DNA of 64,000 nucleotides, taken from positions 1 to 64,000 of IMG/VR virus record IMGVR_UViG_3300050821_004356; one strand, 5' to 3'. Positions 57,513 through 64,000 of the stretch are shown piece after piece (position 1 is the stretch's first letter; every line of letters starts with the position of its first letter). Source of the stretch: a virus. Under the pieces are notes generated by a model, which saw nothing but the letters and a program-made list of their open reading frames with translations, did not search any database and was not told the DNA's origin. The translations under genes and the position numbers were made by a program.

Positions 57513-58045
57513 TTTTGATCTCCTGCCTTTCTTACATACCGTACGTAGAAACGACGATTGTTTGCTTGTTCTTTAGCGGTAGCCCATTTACAATTCTCAG
57601 GTTCATAGTTGCCGTCAACATCCTTGCGCTCGATACTTAAACCTATAGGCTTCTCGCCCATGTCAGCCAGAAAGTTGTCAAACGAATCAATCCAGCGTTG
57701 ACACATTGTAATCCCACGCCCGCCATAGTGTTGATAGCCGACATTTTTAGGATTAAAACACCTTGCTTTTATTGATACCCACGTAGTATAAGTACGAGTA
57801 GTTTGACTATTTTTAGCGTGCCCGTGTTTTGTAAGCCGCTCTTTATTTGATTTACTTGTTGCTTCACTGCACAAACAACCGCAGCTTTTTGTGTGACCGT
57901 TTTGAACGTGGGACCGCAGTATCCGTTTCTCAGTTCCACACTCGCAACGAAACAGGTATAGCCACTGATTACTGCTACTGCGAATTGCGTCTACTGGCAT
58001 CAGCGTGAGCCGTCCGTATTTGTCTCCCGGACTCATATTAATCAT
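57509..58045 (-). CDS. HNH homing endonuclease
   Basis: GRLT...CECG...SCGC; W..IK.RC.NP...YGGRGI..C.RW..F..F..DMG; SIERKD.DGNYEPENCKWAT..EQ.NN. Confidence 0.9.
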   Translation of the reverse strand: MINMSPGDKYGRLTLMPVDAIRSSSNQWLYLFRCECGTEKRILRSHVQNGHTKSCGCLCSEATSKSNKERLTKHGHAKNSQTTRTYTTWVSIKARCFNPKNVGYQHYGGRGITMCQRWIDSFDNFLADMGEKPIGLSIERKDVDGNYEPENCKWATAKEQANNRRFYVRYVRKAGDQN

Positions 58046-58475
58046 CTAAGTGCCCGTCTTCTGCAGAAACAAACTTAAATACGCCGTGCGGGTCCTTGTC
58101 GCCTTCGAACTCTATTTGCACAATATCGCGAGTCCAGTTCGTCGGGCAAGTGTGCTCATCGTAGTAGTATCGCGAGTCTTCTGCGTATTCTTCCGGTGTG
58201 TCGTTCTGAGAGTGTGAGTACTTCCAAGCGTTTACCTTGACTGTGATTTTGGGTTCGGTAATAGATTGAAGGGTGATTGTAACCGGGGTATTCGTCCAAC
58301 CTGTCAAAGACGTTTCGAAGTCGAACTCCGAGACCCTCTCTATTTTAAAGTTAGCTTGGCACTTGGAGCACGACCAAGTTGTTTTAAAACCGATAACCAA
58401 GTGATCGGCCCGCGAGGAGCCTTCGATACAACCTGGGCACGGAACGTATAGCTGGGTTTTTGCTTGAACGACCAT
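58038..58475 (-). CDS. Zn-ribbon hypothetical protein
   Basis: CPGC...WSCSKC; EHTCPTN. Confidence 0.55.
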   Translation of the reverse strand: MVVQAKTQLYVPCPGCIEGSSRADHLVIGFKTTWSCSKCQANFKIERVSEFDFETSLTGWTNTPVTITLQSITEPKITVKVNAWKYSHSQNDTPEEYAEDSRYYYDEHTCPTNWTRDIVQIEFEGDKDPHGVFKFVSAEDGHLDD

Positions 58476-59978
58476 TTATTTTGCTCCTATCACGTCGTTG
58501 ATATACTTAACCAGATTCTGCGGCGAGTTACGCGATAAGAAGTCGGGAAAGAACGCTTTGAATTCCTCCCAATCGTCAACCGTCATGTGCGAGGTAGCCT
58601 TGCCCGACTGTCTCTCGGCAAAGAGCCGCAGTTTGGCGCTAGCTCCTCCGATGCCTTCGCTGGGCCGCATCCCTGCCATCGGGAGTACGTTATTGGCGTA
58701 CTCACGCAAGAACACGCGGTAGCCTTCTTCTTGTTCCTTCGTCGGCTTGCCTGGGAAGTCTGTACCCTGATTGGGTACAAGCGTACCCGAAATGGGTACA
58801 GACGATAACGAAGAGATTGGCGGCACCGTTGGTGTTGGGGGCGTCAGAGCTTCATGGGGTGTTCCTGCATACTTAGGGGTTTCGGCGAGAGGAGGCACAG
58901 CTGGATTCGCTTGCGTTGGCACAACCGGATTAGCTTGCGTTCGCATAGCCTCGTTAATTTGAAATGCCACAGCCGCCGGAATAGTGCCTAAAGCCTTCGC
59001 TGCTTCGACAATTATCGGATCAGTGGCTTGAGCAGGTGGCGTAGAAACTTGTCCCGGTGAAGACATGTCAACCGTGTTTCTCTTTTTATTAGGTCCCCGT
59101 GGTTTGCGGGCCTTCTTAACAGGCTCTGTCGATGCTGTTTCACTTGTTTGGGGTGTTTCAACGTTTGCTGAAACAGGTGTATATAATGAGCCCGGTAATC
59201 CTGCTTCGGCTTCGGCCAAAACCTGTTTCGTTACGTCTTTGCTGTGCAGTTGTCGGATGGCCTCGTCGCGCATTTCCTGCATAGACGGCTTGGCTGACTC
59301 TGGTGCTTTCAAGTTATTATAAGAGCCATAACGATCTGGGTCGATTGGCTTCTCGTGTGCGATAGTTCCTTCGTTATGATTAATTGTAGTCGAGACGGTC
59401 ACGTCTTTACCAGGTGCTGGGTTCGGCGAAATCTTTGGCATCGGTGGGAAGACTACCGAAGTGCTAGCGAGTTGCACGTCCGGTGCAGGCGCAGATAGCG
59501 GCGCGTCTTGATTCACTTCAGAATAATCGAGAATTCCCAAACCTACAAACTTTAACGTTAATCGACGTCCCGCCCGGGTCTCTGCGGTCGCCACAGCTGC
59601 TGCAAGCTTCTCGCCCTTGAGACCTTCGGTAGAGTGTGCGCCGACTGCGATCTCTTGGCGACCGTTTTTATCTTTACCTACGGCTGTGAAGCTGACGTAA
59701 CCAGGGCCGTCGTGCTGCGTCAAGCTGATAACGTTGATCTCGCGCTGACTGCGCAAAACATCGGTGGTGCCTCGGCGAGCATATAGCTGCAGCTTTTTCA
59801 TACCTGTGCCTTCGTCGGCGATCCACAAAATGTCGAACCAGTTAGTGGCCGGATCGAGACCGAAGAATTCGGAGACGTCGCGTTTGTATTGGTCCCGCTG
59901 TGCGTCGTTCAACGTCTCAAGATTGTAGACGATACTAAAATTTTTGCTCATGCCTTCTCCTCGTTCAACATTTGACAA
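58476..59978 (-). CDS. Putative single-strand annealing protein (RecT/Bet-like N-domain) with long Pro-rich linker
   Basis: GLDP...F...LYA...TD.LR...AET.A.RR.TL...GLG.LD.SE; adjacent to helicase and exonuclease. The true start may be 59951. Confidence 0.6.
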   Translation of the reverse strand: MSNVERGEGMSKNFSIVYNLETLNDAQRDQYKRDVSEFFGLDPATNWFDILWIADEGTGMKKLQLYARRGTTDVLRSQREINVISLTQHDGPGYVSFTAVGKDKNGRQEIAVGAHSTEGLKGEKLAAAVATAETRAGRRLTLKFVGLGILDYSEVNQDAPLSAPAPDVQLASTSVVFPPMPKISPNPAPGKDVTVSTTINHNEGTIAHEKPIDPDRYGSYNNLKAPESAKPSMQEMRDEAIRQLHSKDVTKQVLAEAEAGLPGSLYTPVSANVETPQTSETASTEPVKKARKPRGPNKKRNTVDMSSPGQVSTPPAQATDPIIVEAAKALGTIPAAVAFQINEAMRTQANPVVPTQANPAVPPLAETPKYAGTPHEALTPPTPTVPPISSLSSVPISGTLVPNQGTDFPGKPTKEQEEGYRVFLREYANNVLPMAGMRPSEGIGGASAKLRLFAERQSGKATSHMTVDDWEEFKAFFPDFLSRNSPQNLVKYINDVIGAK

Positions 59979-60151
59979 ATGGCCTCTGCAACGGCCACCG
60001 TCTTTTCTCTATTGCGAAACATCCCCATTGTCACTTCGACTGCAATGTCGTTGGGATAAACTTGCTTTCCCATCGGCGAAATCCTGTCTCGAATCACTAT
60101 GTTCGATTTCGGGTTGCCATCTGAGTCAACAGTATAGCGGTCAATCTTCAT
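59948..60151 (-). CDS. Hypothetical protein
   Basis: Coupled ORF. Confidence 0.5.
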   Translation of the reverse strand: MKIDRYTVDSDGNPKSNIVIRDRISPMGKQVYPNDIAVEVTMGMFRNREKTVAVAEAICQMLNEEKA

Positions 60152-60372
60152 GATTTTGCCTCGATGTCCTTACCGATTGCCTTTAGTTGCTTCAGACTGT
60201 ACGACTTGACATCACCGTATGGCGCGATGATTATCGGAACCAGAAATTTAAGCTTGATGGCTTCACCGGCGCGGACTAGCGTCTCTGCTGCGCGATGGTC
60301 TCGGACAACAACGATATCGCCAAACTTCAAACGCAAACGTTTAATCTCTATCAGCAGCTTCTTTTTGCTCAT
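60148..60372 (-). CDS. Hypothetical protein
   Basis: SD GGAG; first gene after the promoter. Confidence 0.55.
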   Translation of the reverse strand: MSKKKLLIEIKRLRLKFGDIVVVRDHRAAETLVRAGEAIKLKFLVPIIIAPYGDVKSYSLKQLKAIGKDIEAKS

Positions 60373-60391
60373 ATTTTCTCCAATTTAAACG

Positions 60392-60420
60392 ATAGTACCA
60401 TGACTTTTGTAGCTTGTCAA
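60392..60420 (-). promoter_or_regulatory. Sigma70 promoter for the recombination operon
   Basis: TTGACA-17-TACTAT with TGn. Confidence 0.7.
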
Positions 60421-60421
60421 G

Positions 60422-61474
60422 CTATTTGTGATAGAACGAATCCTGAAATCCATCTGCACCTAAAAGTAAGCCCGGTGCCCAATCGACAGGCGCGCTCATA
60501 ATATCGATCATGTCGTTTACCCCTGGGCTGAACGGATCGTTGGGAACCAAGCATAGGCCTTCGTCGTGAAAGTGACCGACCACGGGGCAATCAATTTTCT
60601 CGAATTCTAGGAGCTTCACGGCCAAGACGTCGCGGGCAATTCCCTGGACTGCGTTTTGATATTCGTGACCACCGTGCGTGTGGATAGACGTCCATTTGCC
60701 GGTTGTCTGATCTTCGGTTGCGTACCACAAAGCCGGTCGGTACACAGGGCCGCCTTCTTTGTCTGTCCAAGGCATCAACGTGTTTTGAACATATGCGTCT
60801 AGATAATGAAGCCTTCTACCTGATGGTAGCGTCATTCGCATAATTGGGTTGCGGCCGGTTACGTTCAGCCTATCGATCTTTACGCAATTATTAGGACCAA
60901 GATATCGCACGGTAGCTGGATGCGCCGGGTCCATTACGTCAAGAATTGCTTCTTCGAATTTAACCCATATGCCCTTTACGTTATCACCGAATCCGTTGCC
61001 ACAAATCTCAGGATAAGCGTTTCTAAAAACTTCGGTACCTGTGTGGGCCTCTTGTAAACTCATGTCGATGCCCATACCTCGCGCGTACCCGAATAGCCCG
61101 GTGCGAACTCGGTCGTATATTTTCTCGCCTGTTACCTCGTCAATGTAAGATGCTTTACCTTGCCCCCAACCGCCACCACCCATGCGATAAAGAGACGCTA
61201 AAACTGGAACCTTAGCCTTTTGTCGTTTTATCTTAGCCTCGGTTTTGGCTTCTTTACCGTTACGACCTTCCTTGCTCGCCCAAAGCGTTTCGTACGGCGT
61301 CGAATACAGCTTGGCGGCAAAAGATAAATAGGGATCGCGGCCGTTGCGATGGAATTTATCAAATTGATCTGTATACGGTTGAAATACATTAAGTAGTGAT
61401 GGACATTCAGCAAGCCAACTTCCCACCCTGGTTTCTATAGCGTTGAGGTCAGCCGCTTGAAGACGGGTGCTCAT
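60422..61474 (-). CDS. Family A DNA polymerase, C-terminal piece (motifs A, B, C)
   Basis: AADLNAIETRV (A), RQKAKVPVLASLYRMG (B), QNAVQGIARD, HFHDE (C). Confidence 0.9.
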   Translation of the reverse strand: MSTRLQAADLNAIETRVGSWLAECPSLLNVFQPYTDQFDKFHRNGRDPYLSFAAKLYSTPYETLWASKEGRNGKEAKTEAKIKRQKAKVPVLASLYRMGGGGWGQGKASYIDEVTGEKIYDRVRTGLFGYARGMGIDMSLQEAHTGTEVFRNAYPEICGNGFGDNVKGIWVKFEEAILDVMDPAHPATVRYLGPNNCVKIDRLNVTGRNPIMRMTLPSGRRLHYLDAYVQNTLMPWTDKEGGPVYRPALWYATEDQTTGKWTSIHTHGGHEYQNAVQGIARDVLAVKLLEFEKIDCPVVGHFHDEGLCLVPNDPFSPGVNDMIDIMSAPVDWAPGLLLGADGFQDSFYHK

Positions 61475-62040
61475 TGTTTTTCCCTAGCGTAATCTTCCAT
61501 CTCGGCTGCCCAATTAGCCACTTTCATGATTTGTACAGGGGTTGCGTTTGACTTAATCATATTCGCTAATCTGGATATTACAAAGCAATTTTCTTTTGTG
61601 TACCCTAACTCTGGAGCGAATCTATCTAAACTAGCTGAATCGCTCTGTGGAATTCGACAGGACAGGTTGTACGGCATACCCAATACAGGGCAAACACCAT
61701 CGCCAATTAAATAAAGAATATTTTCTTTAGTAATCGTACACGGTACCCCCTTCCTCTTAGCTCTTGATTTTGCGCAGTATAATAGTCTAGTTGCCATAAC
61801 GCTAAAACCACCGCACTCTTTACACGATTCTACTTGTCTTGAATGCTCACAGATGCCGTTGCCTCGACAAATTCGGCAGCGGTCTTTTCTGACAACGTGG
61901 GTACACAAAGAGCCCCCACCGCAATTCTCGCATAGGCTTTTACGTTTACCGTGTTTACAAAAATCTGAGCCCCCGCAGTCTCTACAGTAGTATTTTAGTT
62001 TACCGTGAACGCAGGTATTTCTCTTGGTCAATGTGGTCAC
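61471..62040 (-). CDS. HNH endonuclease with four tandem CxH-x6-CxxC Zn repeats, inserted in the polymerase gene
   Basis: CVHG..YYCRDCGG repeats; AKSRAK, CPVLG, SLDR..PELGY.KEN..VIS..AN..K; GTG start at 62040 with SD GGAG. Confidence 0.8.
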   Translation of the reverse strand: MTTLTKRNTCVHGKLKYYCRDCGGSDFCKHGKRKSLCENCGGGSLCTHVVRKDRCRICRGNGICEHSRQVESCKECGGFSVMATRLLYCAKSRAKRKGVPCTITKENILYLIGDGVCPVLGMPYNLSCRIPQSDSASLDRFAPELGYTKENCFVISRLANMIKSNATPVQIMKVANWAAEMEDYAREKQ

Positions 62041-62243
62041 TTTAACTCCGTATAAGCCAGCCATTGAAGTGCTGTGTCTTGAAGCATGTGGGCGATCCAC
62101 AAAGGGACGTGTTTACGGTGAACAAATATTACAGTATCCGGTTCCCCATGCCAAGCTATCATCTGCCGAGCTCTTTCGATTGCTGACTCTTTTGTGTCGT
62201 ACAAAGGCTCGCCATCTTCTTCGCTGAATCCTGAGAATGCCAT
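62037..62243 (-). CDS. Small hypothetical protein within the polymerase insertion
   Basis: TAATG overlap with the polymerase N-piece stop; SD GGGAG. Confidence 0.55.
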   Translation of the reverse strand: MAFSGFSEEDGEPLYDTKESAIERARQMIAWHGEPDTVIFVHRKHVPLWIAHMLQDTALQWLAYTELK

Positions 62244-63469
62244 TATTTGCTCCCGGGCGCAACGAACACAGTGCGCAATAATGATTTTATAACTTCTAAT
62301 ACGTTTCCGTATTTATCCTTAATTCCCTGGTAGTCTTCGGCATATATAAGCCGTCTCGCTTCCACGATCACTTCCATCTCTTCGAAGTCGTATCCGTTTA
62401 CGTTCTTGGGCGGCGAAGGCCGGGGAAAATTTTGAGGCTGCATACCGGCACCTGACCACCTGCCGCAACGAGAACTCCCGAGATATATGAACTGATTACG
62501 ACACACGCCGTCTGGGCAAATGTGGCGCATAATGGCTGCCAGTTTGGTATAGCTATTAGAACCAGCTGTCAATCTGGCCGTGAGAACCGTACGGCATTCT
62601 TCTGTTAAAACAATTTCAGAGTCACTCAATACGCTTTCAATGAAACTCTTATTCAACGTATTGTACGGATAACCACGTTCCCTAACCCAAGGGAGCAACT
62701 GATCTCGGCTGTTGGCATTCGCCAAACCTGTTAGTTTATTTTGACTTTCGAGCGAGTCGGCTTTTGCTTTTAACGCAATCTTGTACGCCTTTTGCGCAAA
62801 TTCTAAATCAGTGGGCACGCCACGGTCGTTCACCGTCTGATCGAATATCCAAAGCTTGCGTTCGAACTCAGGCATCGGCATCGCTTCCAAAATCTCTAAT
62901 CGGCGCATCACTTCTTCTTCAGCGTCGACGTCGCGCTTACAATAATCTGCGAACTGTTCCCACTCAACCGGATGACTGTTCCAATCATTGAAGTAAGGCT
63001 CGCCTTGCGGTTCACCTTTCTTCTTTTTCGGATACTTCGGCTTACTGAATAAATCGATCAAAGCGTCACCGCGTTTATCCTTCGTTAAGTGCGCCGGTAC
63101 GTTTAAGATTTCGCATACAGACTCCAAGTCCGCAGGAAGGGTTAGATAACGAGCGCCAACTTGGGGGTCTATGAATCGTTCGGGCGGGAGTTTGATACTG
63201 AGCAAAAACTGCAAGCAATAGCGTTCGAAGGCGCTATTAAACGCTTCGACTAAAACACTAGGATCGAGCAACGCTGCGCGTAACTCTTCGGGCATCGGGC
63301 CTTGGTGCGGCTGCCAGAGCTTCGTGACGGTTTCACTTGGAAGCTTGTAAGCCATCATCAAGATTCGAGTCAGCGGATGACAGATATAATTATAGAGACC
63401 GACGCCCTTCTGGCCGCCGATCTCGAAGAGTCCGCGTGTTTCGAAGTCGATTTTTAGCACTTTTTGCAT
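62243..63469 (-). CDS. Family A DNA polymerase, N-terminal piece (3'-5' exonuclease plus thumb)
   Basis: IDFET, AFNSAFER, YCKRDV, NDRG, GRWSG.GMQPQNFPR; ends LLRTVFVAPGSK. Confidence 0.9.
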   Translation of the reverse strand: MQKVLKIDFETRGLFEIGGQKGVGLYNYICHPLTRILMMAYKLPSETVTKLWQPHQGPMPEELRAALLDPSVLVEAFNSAFERYCLQFLLSIKLPPERFIDPQVGARYLTLPADLESVCEILNVPAHLTKDKRGDALIDLFSKPKYPKKKKGEPQGEPYFNDWNSHPVEWEQFADYCKRDVDAEEEVMRRLEILEAMPMPEFERKLWIFDQTVNDRGVPTDLEFAQKAYKIALKAKADSLESQNKLTGLANANSRDQLLPWVRERGYPYNTLNKSFIESVLSDSEIVLTEECRTVLTARLTAGSNSYTKLAAIMRHICPDGVCRNQFIYLGSSRCGRWSGAGMQPQNFPRPSPPKNVNGYDFEEMEVIVEARRLIYAEDYQGIKDKYGNVLEVIKSLLRTVFVAPGSK

Positions 63470-64000
63470 TTAGACTTCTTCAACGTCCCTCTTAATTAGC
63501 ACTTGAGTGAAAAAAGGGTCGCCTTTCTTGCCGGTGCCTTCTTGACGAATGATTCCTGCCTTCACGAGTCCGTAAAAAGCTGTGTTCCACATCGACGTTC
63601 CTGCTCTGTCGGCATGACATAATCTCATTAGCTCGCGCGTCAACAGCCGACCTTTGTGCATTTCTAGCTTCGCACGAATGCGCATTTGCAAGGCTGCTTC
63701 CCTGGTGTCGGCATCATAGGACTTCAAGAATTCCTTCACAGCAATTTCATACCGCACAATGTCAACGCCGCGATCCACGCACTCGTCGTCTATAGAATCG
63801 AGCCCCAGGTCAACCGCTAGAGCCAAGGCCCACTTAACAGCGCGGTCGGTGTACCGGCTACCCTTTGCAACTAGCTGCTGCAAATTAGGATTGTTAATAT
63901 TTTCTAACTCGAACGTGCCCCTTTGAACTGCTCGGTCGATTAACTGGCGAGTCTTCGACGATCCTGATAAAAAATCCGTTGTAACTTTTAATCTTTGTGC
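63470..64000 (-). CDS. Partial gene (C-terminus), possibly primase-helicase with winged-helix tail
   Basis: The frame is open to the window edge; C-terminal wHTH-like segment; adjacent to the polymerase. Confidence 0.45.
   Translation of the reverse strand, partial: AQRLKVTTDFLSGSSKTRQLIDRAVQRGTFELENINNPNLQQLVAKGSRYTDRAVKWALALAVDLGLDSIDDECVDRGVDIVRYEIAVKEFLKSYDADTREAALQMRIRAKLEMHKGRLLTRELMRLCHADRAGTSMWNTAFYGLVKAGIIRQEGTGKKGDPFFTQVLIKRDVEEV

Noticed and set aside
61474-62243. Group I intron or intein interrupting the DNA polymerase
   Set aside because: The interval is fully occupied by coupled ORFs, no P7-type pairing is evident, and there are no intein C/S...HN termini.
26793-62991. Numerous short + strand ORFs in the minus-strand arm (and - strand ORFs in the plus arm)
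   Set aside because: Antisense shadows of well-supported genes, lacking motifs or RBS.
1-64000. tRNA/rRNA genes, CRISPR arrays, reverse transcriptase/DGR, stop-codon reassignment
   Set aside because: None recognised; genes are dense and intact under the standard code, using all three stops.

Overview
This window is a 64-kb slice of a tailed dsDNA bacteriophage (or prophage) genome with podovirus-like morphogenesis genes, in two convergent arms. The + strand arm (1-26.6 kb) starts in the 3' part of a group I intron. It then carries a free-standing GIY-YIG endonuclease, putative decoration, adaptor, nozzle and fibre genes (the nozzle has an inserted DUF3494 ice-binding-like domain), three ejection-type proteins including a 2822-aa multi-enzyme 'polyvalent' protein, and a GT-A glycosyltransferase. 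The - strand arm (26.6-64 kb) carries many small genes, a tyrosine integrase, a BCS1-like AAA+ ATPase, a GH108 endolysin and phosphoesterases. It also holds a ~9-kb glycan cluster (gmd, Fcl/ColC-like reductase, ColD-type dehydratase, GT2, GT10, GT11 and five GT31/Fringe-like paralogues), MazG, a UvrD + PD-(D/E)XK + annealing-protein recombination module, four more HNH/EndoVII-type endonucleases, and a family A DNA polymerase broken into two genes. The most striking observation is inside the giant ejection-protein gene. Each of its two FtsH/M41-like metalloprotease domains is immediately followed by a hidden +1-frame ORF with its own ribosome-binding site (20220-20357 and 21993-22115). The two peptides resemble each other, suggesting overprinted cognate inhibitor/immunity genes within an injected polyprotein whose domains are delimited by recurring TKQ motifs. 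All family assignments come from motif recognition by eye; no database searches were run.
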